Origin: an uncultured delta proteobacterium
GTDB lineage: Bacteria; Desulfobacterota; BSN033; UBA1163
Direction of reading: 5' to 3'
Length of the DNA stretch: 64,000 nucleotides
Assembly (NCBI GenBank): GCA_963827685.1
Contig: CAWHBU010000004.1
Location: 608,001 to 672,000, forward strand
Numbering within the stretch: position 1 is the first letter of the stretch; each line of letters begins with the position of its first letter. The position numbers and the translations under genes are program-made. Shown in pieces: positions 40,618 to 50,896 of the stretch. Below the pieces are notes generated by a model. That model searched no databases, was not told the origin of the DNA, and saw nothing but the letters and a program-made list of their open reading frames with translations.

Positions 40618-40892
40618 CGGTTCCTAATCCTCCATTCCAGCAAAATGACAACTTATTATGTTAGTGTTTAAGACCTGAATTGTAAAGCTTTTTCAGCTTT
40701 CTTCGCAATCCATCCTTGGATATCCATTGCTTTTTCAATCCACATTTATTAACTTGATTGTTACGTATTCAATCTGGGGATTTTCTAATCGTCGATGCTC
40801 CTCCCCCCTGCCTATCGGCAGGCATCGAAAGGGGAGGGAAATAGAAGCAGGAAATTTCAAATATGTTTGGTTAGATTTTAGGGAGGTGCTTC

Positions 40893-41634
40893 ATGGATTG
40901 GAGTAAGGAGGGAATTGGCGATCGGTATCATCATGAGACAGAATATCGAAGAGAAGCCATGCCACGCGGAGGGGCTCGATTGGGCACATCAGCCCTCTCC
41001 TTATAAAGAGTTCCCTGATGCAATAAAACATTTTCCCATCCGTCCTATCGATCAGAAGGGTGGAAAATCCCTTTGGGAGGCCGTTGCTCAAAGGCGATCC
41101 ATCCGGGAATTTTCTGATCAATCCATTAGTTTCTCTGAACTTTCTCAACTGATCTGGGCGACCCAAGGGATCACGTTGAAAGCCGGGGGATTTGAATTCA
41201 GGGCTTCGCCGTCGGCCGGTGCCCTTTACCCGATTGAGACTTATCTCATCGTGAACCGAGTCGAGGAAATTCCGGGGGGGCACTATCATTACAATGTCAA
41301 GAAGGCCGAATTGATTCTTTTGAAGGAAGGCCATTTTGGCCCTGAGCTCTGTCAAGCTGCATTGGGTCAGGAAATGCTCGAAGAGGCTGCCTGCGTCTTC
41401 GTCTGGACAGCCATTGTTGAACGATCGAAGTGGAAATATCGAGAGAGGGCATATCGTTACATTTACATGGATGTAGGGCATATCGGTCAGGCGCTCTACC
41501 TGGCGGCGACTGCATTGAACCTTGGTTGCTGTACAGCGGGTGCCTTCTTTGATGAAGAGGTAGACCGTGTTGTAGATGTGGATGGGAAGAATGAAATTTC
41601 TGTCTATCTTGGAGCAGTTGGCCATGTAAGATAA
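40893..41634 (+). CDS. SagB/ThcOx-family nitroreductase-like protein, frameshifted at G run 40971-40974
   Basis: RRSIR, RASPSAGALYP, KYRERAYRY, GHIGQ; true N-terminus MDWSKEGIGDRYHHET lies in another frame after SD GGAGG. Confidence 0.85.
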
Positions 41635-41684
41635 AAGAGATCCGTCTGTCTGATATCAAATAAAGGAAACTCTGATTCATTATT

Positions 41685-41700
41685 TGGCATGCTAAACGCA
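41685..41700 (+). promoter_or_regulatory. Possible sigma54 promoter upstream of the lipoprotein gene
   Basis: TGGCATGCTAAACGCA has GG-N10-GC spacing but a non-consensus -12 flank. Confidence 0.35.
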
Positions 41701-41707
41701 GTAGAGA

Positions 41708-41857
41708 GTGAAGCTCCTCGTCCATCCCGTTAGGACGGGACAGGCACGGTGGAGCTTCCCGGCAATGTAATATCATTCATATTGTGCCCCTTCCTGCCTA
41801 CCGCAGGGAGGGACCCCGCCTATCCCGCTTTGGCGGGACGGGGCACGTTCCGGTCAA
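41708..41857 (+). mobile_element. Non-coding nested-palindrome element, possibly a non-autonomous IS200/IS605 derivative
   Basis: GAAGCTCC/GGAGCTTC and GTGCCCC/GGGGCAC stems with inserted TCCCG/CGGGA hairpins; ends in TCAA. Confidence 0.5.
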
Positions 41858-42001
41858 TCTTAAAGTACAGTTTTTCCAATGATAAAATACGTCTTTTACC
41901 TTATTTACTTTACAGAGCCTTATGATTAAACCTTAAGAAGGTTTAATCAATCATTTTTAAGGTTTAAGGAGAACCAATCAAAATTTTGAAAGGGGCTAAA
42001 T

Positions 42002-42649
42002 ATGGTAAGAAAAAAAGGTTTATTGCTGATTTCCCTTTTTGTTGTTCTCTTAGTTGGGTGCGCCACAACAGCTCCTGTTCGTCCGGCGCTCAAAGAAGAT
42101 CTCAATGTCCCTTCTGGTAAGATTGAAGGAAATCAATTCACAGGTATTCGGTATCCGTTTAATGTCTCGGTTCCTTCCCATTGGAAAATGACAACAGAAT
42201 TCCCTGATTTCCTGGAAGAGCTGGGCTATGACAAACCTTCTCCGACGGATAAGGAGCAGACGGAGTTGTATATTTTCAATCCGCTGACCCAGTCGAGCCT
42301 CCAGATCGATTTTAGTCCTGCAAATCCAGGCTTTGTCCCTAGCCAAGGAGTAATGGAGGCACTGGTCGGTATGGGGGCCAGCAGCTTGAAGGAGGAGTGG
42401 GGAAAGGAAGGTGTCCGAGTTGACACCAGCTCAACAGAAGCCGTAACTTTGAAAGGCGTTCAATATGCAGCGAAAAAATATGTTACTTACACCATAAAGG
42501 GTGTGAAGCGAGAACAAGGATGGATTTACGGGTTTACAGAGCCCTATCAAATCTTCATCCTTTATGTGATAGTTGGAGAGGATGCCGCAAAAGACCGCCA
42601 GGATATAAGGAAGATCCTCGATTCTTTTGAGGTGATGATGAAGAAATAG
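42002..42649 (+). CDS. Hypothetical lipoprotein
   Basis: Lipobox LLVGC after a hydrophobic signal. Confidence 0.8.
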   Translation: MVRKKGLLLISLFVVLLVGCATTAPVRPALKEDLNVPSGKIEGNQFTGIRYPFNVSVPSHWKMTTEFPDFLEELGYDKPSPTDKEQTELYIFNPLTQSSLQIDFSPANPGFVPSQGVMEALVGMGASSLKEEWGKEGVRVDTSSTEAVTLKGVQYAAKKYVTYTIKGVKREQGWIYGFTEPYQIFILYVIVGEDAAKDRQDIRKILDSFEVMMKK

Positions 42650-42678
42650 AGAAAAGGGCTGACAAGGTGTCTTTGCTT

Positions 42679-42712
42679 ATCCCGTCAATCCATAGGATTG
42701 ATGGGATTTTTG
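42679..42712 (+). terminator. Intrinsic terminator
   Basis: ATCCCGTCAATCC-ATA-GGATTGATGGGAT followed by TTTT. Confidence 0.7.
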
Positions 42713-42771
42713 TTCTTATCTTCTAACCTTGATGTCAGTTGATTTATGCGAGATAATTCTTTATGTTAAGT

Positions 42772-44099
42772 CAGTACTGTCCGGTTAAGGATTTTTAAAA
42801 ACTGACAATGTTAAACAATGTTAATAGGATAAACATAACAATGACCGTTTTCGATTTCAGATCGTCTGCTTTTATTGGCCATAATACTTCCATCTCAGAG
42901 TGGAAAGGAATGGTCAATGCACTGTGGACGAATGATCTTTTCACAACTCATAAACTTTCTGCCCAAACACGAATTCAACAAGTGTGTGCGAAGATACCAA
43001 GGCAATTACCGAGTCCGAAGATTTTCCTGTTTCGATCAATTTCTCTGCATGGCCTTCGCCCAGCTTACTTACCGAGAAAGTCTTCGCGAGACCGAAACGT
43101 GCTTGCGCGCCTTGCAGTCCAAACTCTACCATGTAGGGATTCGGAGCAAAGTCGCTCGAAGCACCCTGGCCGAAGCCAACGAAAACAGAGACTGGCGGAT
43201 CTACGCCGATTTTGCTCAAGTGCTGATCCGAAGAGCAAGGTACCTGTATGCCAAAGAAGATTTCGGCGTGCTCTTGGATCAAGCCGCCTATGCCTTCGAT
43301 TCGACGACGATCGATCTCTGTCTCTCGCTTTTTCCTTGGGCCCATTTTCGCAAACGCAAAGGCGCCATCAAACTCCATACGCTGATGGACCTCCATGGCA
43401 GTATCCCCTGCTTTATCCGCGTTACCGAAGGCAATGTTCACGACGTCAATCTCCTCGACCAATTGATCTTAGAGCCTGGCTCTTTTTACATTATGGATCG
43501 CGGCTATATCGATTTTGCCCGCCTGTATGTGTTCGCCCTCCATTCAGCCTTCTTTATCATTCGCGCCAAGAGAAATCTCGATTGCACTCGTCGAAGCTAC
43601 CGCCTCGTCGACAAAACCACGGGACTCCGAAGCGATCAAACGATTCTTCTCAATGGCCCAAAGACCTCCCAGGAATATCCCGATCCCCTTCGCCGGATCA
43701 GCTATTTCGATATCGTAACGTCCAAACGATTCGTATTCCTGACAAACAATTTTATGCTCAACCCTCTGACCATTACCCAACTGTACAAATGCCGCTGGCA
43801 GGTGGAACTCTTCTTCAAGTGGATCAAACAGCACCTTCGAATCAAATCCTTTTATGGAACCTCCGAGAATGCAGTGAAAACCCAAATCTGGATTGCAATA
43901 AGTATTTATGTTCTCTCCGCTATTATCAAGAAAGAATTGAAACTCGACCGAAGTCTCAACGAAATCCTGCAAATCTTGAGCATCACTTTATTCGAGAAAA
44001 ACCCCATTTATCAGGTGCTTTCAGGTTTTTTTGATGATATTAAAAAACCCGATTTCTGTAACCAATTGTCTTTATTCAATTCTTAACCGGACAGCACTG
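42772..44099 (+). mobile_element. IS4-family insertion sequence
   Basis: TIRs CAGTACTGTCCGGTTAAG / CTTAACCGGACAGCACTG; 9-bp TSD ATGTTAAGT (42763-71, 44100-08). Confidence 0.95.
42917..44086 (+). CDS. IS4-family DDE transposase (DUF4372 N-terminus)
   Basis: DSTTIDL, MDRGY, YKCRWQVELFFKWIKQ (YREK). Confidence 0.93.
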   Translation: MHCGRMIFSQLINFLPKHEFNKCVRRYQGNYRVRRFSCFDQFLCMAFAQLTYRESLRETETCLRALQSKLYHVGIRSKVARSTLAEANENRDWRIYADFAQVLIRRARYLYAKEDFGVLLDQAAYAFDSTTIDLCLSLFPWAHFRKRKGAIKLHTLMDLHGSIPCFIRVTEGNVHDVNLLDQLILEPGSFYIMDRGYIDFARLYVFALHSAFFIIRAKRNLDCTRRSYRLVDKTTGLRSDQTILLNGPKTSQEYPDPLRRISYFDIVTSKRFVFLTNNFMLNPLTITQLYKCRWQVELFFKWIKQHLRIKSFYGTSENAVKTQIWIAISIYVLSAIIKKELKLDRSLNEILQILSITLFEKNPIYQVLSGFFDDIKKPDFCNQLSLFNS

Positions 44100-44139
44100 A
44101 TGTTAAGTATTAAATCCGGTGAGACGATGGAGGATTCGT

Positions 44140-45324
44140 ATGGAGAAGGTGGAACTGAAGAAGGGGATTTATTGGGTTGGAGCCATTGATTGGAACATAA
44201 GAGATTTCCACGGCTATTCGACTCCTTATGGGACAACGTATAACGCTTATTTGATACTGGACGAGAAGAACGTTCTTGTCGATACGGTGAAGGCTCCATT
44301 CTACCTCGAGATGCTCGGGCGGATTTCAGAAATCATCGATCCATCAAAAATTGATGTGGTCGTTTCGAATCATGTGGAAATGGATCACTCTGGTTCGCTC
44401 ACTCAGGTGGTCGAACGGATCGGTAACCCTACCGTCATCTCCTCTGAGAGGGGACAGAAGGGTTTGACAAAGCATTATAAGAAGTCGCTGAAATTCAAGA
44501 CCGTGAAGAGTGGAGAAGCGTTTTCCATTGGTCATCGGACTCTTACCTTTGTGGAGGCACCGATGCTTCACTGGCCGGATAGCATGTTCACCTATATCAA
44601 AGAAGATCAGCTTCTTTTACCGAACGATGCTTTTGGCCAGCATATTGCCACTTCTCAAAGATTTGAGGATGAGGTGGGGGATGTCACAATGAAACATGCC
44701 GCAAAATACTATGCCAATATCCTCTGGCCTCTGGCGCCACTCATTCTGAAAAAAGTGGACGAAGTGGTGAAGATGGGAATTCCCATCGATATGATTGCGC
44801 CCAGCCATGGTCTTATCTGGAGAAAGGATCCCAGCCGAATCATTCAGGCCTATGTGGATTGGAGCCAGGGAAAGGCTGGGAATAAAATCCTCGTCATCTA
44901 CGATACGATGTGGGGAAGTACGGAGAGCATGGCTAAGGCTATCCTCAAGGGCCTGATTGAGGAGGGAGCTGAAGCGAGGCTACTCCATCTCCGATCCAAT
45001 CATCGGAGCGATATCATCGAGGAGATGCTCGAAGCAAAGGGTATCCTCTTAGGTTCTCCCACATTGAACAACGGGATGTTTCCAACGATGGGAGATTTTT
45101 TAACCTATATGAAGGGGTTGAGACCCAAAGGGAAGATCTTCGGTCTCTTTGGATCGCATGGATGGGGAGGAGGAGCGATCAAAGAAATGAGAAGGGCTCT
45201 CGAGCAGGAGAAATTCGAGATTTGGGAAAGGGAGCTTTCTGTCCAATTTGTTCCAGATCCAGAAGAATTGAAAATTGCGATTCAATTCGGAAAAGAATTT
45301 GCTCGTAAAGTCCTAGGCAAATAG
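44140..45324 (+). CDS. fprA: Flavodiiron protein (FprA, O2/NO reductase)
   Basis: GTTYNAY, HVEMDHSG, LHWPD, DAFGQH and C-terminal flavodoxin YDTMWGST. Confidence 0.93.
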   Translation: MEKVELKKGIYWVGAIDWNIRDFHGYSTPYGTTYNAYLILDEKNVLVDTVKAPFYLEMLGRISEIIDPSKIDVVVSNHVEMDHSGSLTQVVERIGNPTVISSERGQKGLTKHYKKSLKFKTVKSGEAFSIGHRTLTFVEAPMLHWPDSMFTYIKEDQLLLPNDAFGQHIATSQRFEDEVGDVTMKHAAKYYANILWPLAPLILKKVDEVVKMGIPIDMIAPSHGLIWRKDPSRIIQAYVDWSQGKAGNKILVIYDTMWGSTESMAKAILKGLIEEGAEARLLHLRSNHRSDIIEEMLEAKGILLGSPTLNNGMFPTMGDFLTYMKGLRPKGKIFGLFGSHGWGGGAIKEMRRALEQEKFEIWERELSVQFVPDPEELKIAIQFGKEFARKVLGK

Positions 45325-45426
45325 CAATTTGGAGATTGCGAATTTAGGAATTACGAATTTAGGGATTGTTAAAATTCAGGGATTCAGGAATTCGGAAATT
45401 GGGAGATTTGATTCTTTTAGCTTTTG

Positions 45427-45466
45427 ATTCCTCAATTCCTCAATTCCTCAATTCCTCAATCCCTCA
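45427..45466 (+). repeat. Tandem 8-mer (ATTCCTCA)x5 within an intergenic inverted low-complexity array
   Basis: Four exact units plus ATCCCTCA; complementary GGAATT/GGGATT units at 45340-45408. Confidence 0.8.
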
Positions 45467-45500
45467 ATCTGTGAGTTAGGGCTTACCTGAGGGTTTGGGA

Positions 45501-45887
45501 ATGCCGGAGGAAACAGCCTATAATCAGATTGTGATTGACCATTTGAGACATCCGAGGAATATGGGTGAGATGGAGAACGCTGACGGAGTTGGGGAAGCTC
45601 AGAATCCTGTCTGCGGTGATACGATGCGGCTCTTTATTAAAGTAGAGACGGATCGGGTCATTGACGCCACGTTTCTGACCTTTGGGTGTGGAGCCGCCAT
45701 CGCTTCTTCGAGCATCGCAACAGAGATGATCAAGGGAAAAAGGATTGATGAGGCTCTTATGATTTCAGATCTGGCGATCACTGAAGCCCTTGGTGGACTT
45801 CCGCCCACCAAGGTTCATTGTTCCGTTCTGGCAGAGAAAGCCATCCATGCGGCTGTTTTCGATTATCAGAAAAGGAGAGGGGGGTGA
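45501..45887 (+). CDS. iscU: IscU/NifU-type Fe-S scaffold
   Basis: HPRNMG, NPVCGD, FGCGAAIASSS, KVHCSVLA. Confidence 0.9.
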   Translation: MPEETAYNQIVIDHLRHPRNMGEMENADGVGEAQNPVCGDTMRLFIKVETDRVIDATFLTFGCGAAIASSSIATEMIKGKRIDEALMISDLAITEALGGLPPTKVHCSVLAEKAIHAAVFDYQKRRGG

Positions 45888-45891
45888 TCCA

Positions 45892-47247
45892 GTGATCGAA
45901 AGGGAGTCTGCTCTCCGTTTATTAAAAAAAGTGGTTCAAGAATCCCCTGCCGATCAGACAGAAGCTATCCTCTTAACAGAGGATTCCTCACTCACGCGTT
46001 TTGCCGGCTCTGCCATCCACCAGCACGTGACTGAGAGAAACCAAACGGTCATCCTCCGAGTGGTTTTGGGAAAAAGAATCGCGGTCGTTACAACAAATAT
46101 TTTTCGACCGTCTTCAGTAAAAAAATCCCTTCAGAGAGCAATTTCTCTTGCAAAAGTTCAACAACCCAACGATGAATTTATTTCTTTACCAGGGCCGAAA
46201 CCGATTCCTGAAATCGGAACCTTTTCTAAAAATATAAGCCACCTTACGCCGAATCAGAAGGTGAAAACGGTTCAAAGCCTGTTGAGGCGGGTAAAAGAAA
46301 AGGGATGCAAAGCTTCTGGCGCCTTTTCGAACGGGGAGGTTGAACTGGCAGTCGTGAATTCCCTTGGCGTGGAGGCTTATCAGAAATTTTCTGACCTGTT
46401 CCTTCATCTGATCGCAGAAAACGACAAAAGTTCTGGTTATGCGAGTTTTGTGGCAAGGGACCCCGATCAATTAGATGTTGATGCTTTAGCCCAAGAGGCA
46501 ATCAGAAAGACATCCGAGGAGGAACCGATTCAGATTGAACCAGGAGAGTATGAGGTGATTTTAGAACCTTCCGCGGTGAGTGAATTCTTATCCTTTCTGG
46601 GCTATTTGGGCTTTCATGCACAGGCAGTACAAGAAGGCCGAAGTTTTTTCTCTAATCGGTTCGGGGAAAAAATGGTCGATGAAAGGGTGACGATTTACGA
46701 TGACGGTCTTGACCCAGAAGGATTACAAGTCCCTTTTGACTTCGAAGGCATTCCGAAGAAGAGGGTCACCTTTTTTGACAGAGGGGTTGCGAAAGAGGTG
46801 ACCTATGATTCCTTCACAGCAGGCCGGGAAGGGAAAAAATCCACCGGGCATGGCTTGATCGCACCCAATACAGAAGGTCCCATTCCCATCAACCTTTTTA
46901 TGAAGGGAGGGGAATCCTCGCTGGAGGACATGATCCAATCTGTTCGAAGAGGAATTTATGTGACCCGATTCCATTATACCAATGTGGTGGAGCCTATGAA
47001 GGCCGTCATCACGGGGATGACCCGAGACGGGACTTTTTTGATTGAGGAAGGTGAGATCAAAAGACCGGTCAAGAATCTCAGGTTCACAGAATCTATCCTG
47101 AAGGCACTTTCTCGGGTGACCGGCGTATCAAAGGATCGAAGAATTTGTTCAGAAGGAACGGTCTACTCAAGGCGTTTTGTTACCGGCACGGTGGCTCCTG
47201 CTATCAAAATAGATGGATTCAATTTTTCGGGAGTCTCCGCATTATAG
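45892..47247 (+). CDS. TldE/PmbA family protein
   Basis: TRFA..IHQ, PFDFEG, TGHG, TGMTRDG, NLRFT; lacks HExxxH. Confidence 0.85.
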   Translation: MIERESALRLLKKVVQESPADQTEAILLTEDSSLTRFAGSAIHQHVTERNQTVILRVVLGKRIAVVTTNIFRPSSVKKSLQRAISLAKVQQPNDEFISLPGPKPIPEIGTFSKNISHLTPNQKVKTVQSLLRRVKEKGCKASGAFSNGEVELAVVNSLGVEAYQKFSDLFLHLIAENDKSSGYASFVARDPDQLDVDALAQEAIRKTSEEEPIQIEPGEYEVILEPSAVSEFLSFLGYLGFHAQAVQEGRSFFSNRFGEKMVDERVTIYDDGLDPEGLQVPFDFEGIPKKRVTFFDRGVAKEVTYDSFTAGREGKKSTGHGLIAPNTEGPIPINLFMKGGESSLEDMIQSVRRGIYVTRFHYTNVVEPMKAVITGMTRDGTFLIEEGEIKRPVKNLRFTESILKALSRVTGVSKDRRICSEGTVYSRRFVTGTVAPAIKIDGFNFSGVSAL

Positions 47248-47347
47248 GTGAGGCAAAATGACTAACCCCCCTTCATCCCCCCTTAGATTAAGGGGGGAAT
47301 AGAGGGGGGTTAAAAATAACTTTAGGCACTCTTTAAAGAGGCAAGAG

Positions 47348-48794
47348 ATGAGGCAACTTATCCAGAACATTCTTGATATAGCGAAGCTGAAAAAGGTGCC
47401 ATACGCCGATATTCGAAATCGTTCGTCGCCAGAATGAAGAGATCGAAGTGAAGAACGGGAAAGTAGAGGCTTTGATCCATGATGAGGATTTCGGCTTCGG
47501 AATCAGAATTCTTTTCCAAGGCGCTTGGGGATTTGCCTGCAGTTCAAAAGTGACCAAGGGAGAGATGGAGGCAGTATTTGGCAAGGCCCTCAGGATCGCC
47601 AAAGCCAGTTCAAAGGTGAAAGGGAAGGAGATCGTTTTGCCATCCGCTTCTCCTGTAGTAGATAGATATAAAACCCCGATTTCTATCGATCCCTTTGATG
47701 TCGCTCCTGAAGCAAAACTTGATCTCCTACTTAAAGCCGATGAGGTCATCCGCAGAAATAAACAGGTGAAGATCTCCGAAGCCTTTTCTGGTTCTTATAG
47801 AACAGAAAAGACATTCGCCTCCACTGAAGGTTCTTATATCGAACAGGAAATTGTTGAGTGCGGAGCAGGCATTTCAGCCACAGCCATTGAGGGAAGCGAG
47901 GTGCAGGTTCGATCCTTTCCTAACTCTTTCCGGGGGAATTTTGCCACTCGGGGTTATGAGTGGATCGAGAAATTAGCCCTTGCGGATCAGGCAGAAAGGG
48001 TAGCTGAAGAGGTTTCCCAACTCCTTTCAGCAAGATCTTGTCCTGCTAAGACCACCACGCTGATATTGGATAGTTCACAGCTGGCCCTTCAGATTCACGA
48101 ATCCATTGGTCATCCGATTGAACTGGATCGAATTCTCGGGACCGAGGCCAGTTATGCCGGGACTAGTTTTTTGAAGCCAGAGATGGTGGGTGATTTTAAG
48201 TATGGTTCAGAATGGGTAAATATCGTTGCCGATGCTACCACTCCTGGTGGGTTGGGAACTTTCGGTTATGACGATGAAGGAACGAAGGCTCAAAGAGTTC
48301 CCATCATTTCTCGCGGGATTTTAGTCAACCTTTTGACCTCAAGGGAGACGGCCCACCATCTGGAAAAAGAAAGCAATGGGACGATGAGAGCGGATGGCTG
48401 GAATCGAATTCCCCTGATCCGGATGACGAACATCAATCTGGAACCCGGAGAGTGGACGTTAGAAGGGATGATCGCCGATACGGAGGAAGGGCTTTTCTTA
48501 ACAACCAATCGGAGTTGGTCGATTGACGACAAGAGAATAAACTTCCAATTCGGAACGGAGATTGGCTGGGAGATCAAGAACGGTAGACTTGGCGAGATGG
48601 TCAAGAACCCCACCTACACTGGGATTACCCCGAAATTCTGGAACTCCTGTGATGCCGTTGCCAATCGAGATCACTGGCAGATGTGGGGAACACCCAATTG
48701 TGGGAAGGGTGAACCTGGGCAAGTAGCTCATGTGGGGCATGGTACAGCACCGGCCAGATTTAGGAATGTTCAAGTAGGAGTGATGAAAACATAA
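47348..48794 (+). CDS. tldD: TldD metalloprotease, frameshifted at AAA 47416-47418
   Basis: HESIGH, YDDEG, RMTNINL, CGKGEPGQ; N-terminus MRQLIQNILD..YADIR in the adjacent frame. Confidence 0.88.
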
Positions 48795-48925
48795 GCACCA
48801 AATTCCAAGCCCTGTACCTAATATGGTGCAGGGCAAGCACCAAATAACAAATAAATTCCAATTAACCAAATTCGAATTTCAATACGGGTTATTTTGGTCA
48901 TTGGATACTGAGTATTGAGATTTAT

Positions 48926-49464
48926 AAAAAATACCTGTTGAATACCGCCCAGCTCTGCTGGGCGGATGAAAACAGGTTCGCGAAGCGATAAGACATGGTA
49001 TAAGTACTGCATGAGCTCGATAAAAAGAACAAGCCATGCGGTCTACGATTTGAAATATCATATGGTATGGGTTCCCAAATATCGGAAGATGATATTGGGA
49101 GGTGAGTTGGCAAAAAGGCTTAAGATGAGTTTTGAGCAAATATCGGAGAGGTACGAGTTTGAGATAGATACGATGGAGGTAAAGGATGATCATGTTCATT
49201 TATTTTTGTCTGCCCCTCCTCGGTATTGTCCGGCAGAGATTGTGCAGATCATAAAGAGTATCTCGGCGAAAATGGTGTTCAAGCAGTTTCCAGAGGTGAA
49301 GAAAGAGCTTTGGGGTGGAGAGTTTTGGAGTGATGGGTATTTTGTTCGGTCTGTTGGAGACAAAGTTACCTCTGAAGTCATACGTCGCTATATAAAGTAT
49401 CAGCAACAGGAGCAATTAAGTTTTGAATTTTAATGCCCCGCAGCTCTGCTGCGGGGTTCTTTAC
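48926..49464 (+). mobile_element. tnpA: IS200 element copy 3 (tnpA 49011-49433)
   Basis: Same 539-bp sequence, inserted after TTTAT in an intergenic repeat. Confidence 0.95.
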
Positions 49465-49487
49465 TTGGGATTTGGAAATCGGGATTT

Positions 49488-49637
49488 CTATTTTTCTTTT
49501 TTGGTGACGTCTTTAGCATATCCTTCTCGAAAGCCTTCCACAACCTTTTCGGCGACTTTTTGGGTGGCTTGGAAAATCTTTTTTAAGCCTTCCTTAAATA
49601 ACTCTTTTGCTTCTTCGAGTTCGTCTTCTTCCTTCAT
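49488..49637 (-). CDS. Small helical hypothetical protein (49 aa)
   Basis: MKEEDELEEAKELFKEG..., SD GAGGTG. Confidence 0.5.
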   Translation of the reverse strand: MKEEDELEEAKELFKEGLKKIFQATQKVAEKVVEGFREGYAKDVTKKEK

Positions 49638-49767
49638 GAGATCACCACCTCTCACCCCGCCCTCTCCCCCAAGAGGGGAAGGAAGTCGCCGACCCGTCAT
49701 AGCCTGCCTTCGCCGAAACGTTTCGTGCAGGCAGGCCGCTCTGGCGACGGCGCGGGTGAGAGGGAAT

Positions 49768-50379
49768 TCATTTGGGCTGAGCGGACATCGCTTTCATCTT
49801 CTCGATTTGAGCTCTTATTCGCTGGGCCCTTTCACTGTTGGAATCCACTTTTAGGTATTCTTCCCATGCCTTGATAGCTCCTTTAATATCTTGTTTGTCA
49901 TGAAGGAGTACAAGCCCAATATAATATCGACTGACAACATGTTTGGGATCAATTTGAGCCGCCTTTCTGAACTCTTCGAGAGCTCTATCAAATTGCCCTA
50001 GTTTTCTGTACATGATCCCCATATCTGTCCTGACATCCGGGTTATCAGGTTTGATAGCGAGGTATTGACGATAAGCCTCAATGGCTTCTCTGGGTCGGTC
50101 AGAATCGAAATAAAGGTTTCCTAATTCCACCCAGGCTGGAAGGTTCTTGGGGTCTTTCTTGACGATTTCCTTTAGGGTTTCGATCTGAGAAGCCACTTCG
50201 ATAGAGTCCCGAGCAGGAGGAACCGGTGCTGGAACACCTGATGGAGCCATTTGGGGTTTTTGAACTATGGCCACCTTTTCTACCCCTTTCGTTCCTCTCA
50301 AGATCGCAACGGTTGCACCGATGATGAATCCGACAAGGAATGCAATCACAACCATCAGGATAACGGTCTCTTTCTTCAT
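49768..50379 (-). CDS. Membrane-anchored TPR protein (cytochrome c biogenesis factor-like)
   Basis: N-terminal TM; TPRs WVELGNLYFD, VRTDMGIMY, YYIGLVL. Confidence 0.8.
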   Translation of the reverse strand: MKKETVILMVVIAFLVGFIIGATVAILRGTKGVEKVAIVQKPQMAPSGVPAPVPPARDSIEVASQIETLKEIVKKDPKNLPAWVELGNLYFDSDRPREAIEAYRQYLAIKPDNPDVRTDMGIMYRKLGQFDRALEEFRKAAQIDPKHVVSRYYIGLVLLHDKQDIKGAIKAWEEYLKVDSNSERAQRIRAQIEKMKAMSAQPK

Positions 50380-50510
50380 CTAAGATTCTCCTTTTTGTAT
50401 AAAATTTTATCTTAAAGGGACGGATTAATCAAATGAAAGATGATTTCCAACCCATGCTGTAGGGATATAGGTCTTCTTTGGAAGTAGGCAGAGAAATTTT
50501 GAGGAAATAG

Positions 50511-50873
50511 TCAAAAGGTGGAAGCGTTTAAGATCTCTTTGATTTTGTCAATAATGTAAGGTTTCTCCACATAGGCCCAGGCCCCTTTTTCTTTGGCTAT
50601 CCTCCCAGTATCTTCATTTCCCCGTGCTGTAATGATGATGACCCGAGGCGGAGGCTGGGTCTGTATAGCCATTTCCAATACTTCCCATCCATCCAATTCC
50701 GGCATGACCAGGTCAGTGATGATAAAGTCGAAGTGCCGTGCCTTGGCTGCCTCAATCGCCTTCCTCCCATTCTCAACCGAAATAACTTGATATCCTTCCT
50801 GGGACAGGGCTTGGGTGAGGGACCATCGGATCAAGAATTCATCATCAGCAACTAAGACCTTATAAGATTGAAT
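50511..50873 (-). CDS. Single-domain response regulator, apparent ATT start
   Basis: YKVLVADDE..ITDLVMP..ITA..KP; the acidic pocket lies upstream of the called TTG start; AAGGAG 7 nt before ATT. Confidence 0.75.
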   Translation of the reverse strand: MQSYKVLVADDEFLIRWSLTQALSQEGYQVISVENGRKAIEAAKARHFDFIITDLVMPELDGWEVLEMAIQTQPPPRVIIITARGNEDTGRIAKEKGAWAYVEKPYIIDKIKEILNASTF

Positions 50874-50896
50874 GGCTGCACTCCTTTGAATGGCAA

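Noticed and set aside
42808-44034. 408-aa ORF overlapping the IS4 transposase
   Set aside because: Alternative frame with no recognisable motifs; shadow ORF
45325-45470. CRISPR array
   Set aside because: Units are 8-bp tandem repeats without unique spacers, and there are no cas genes
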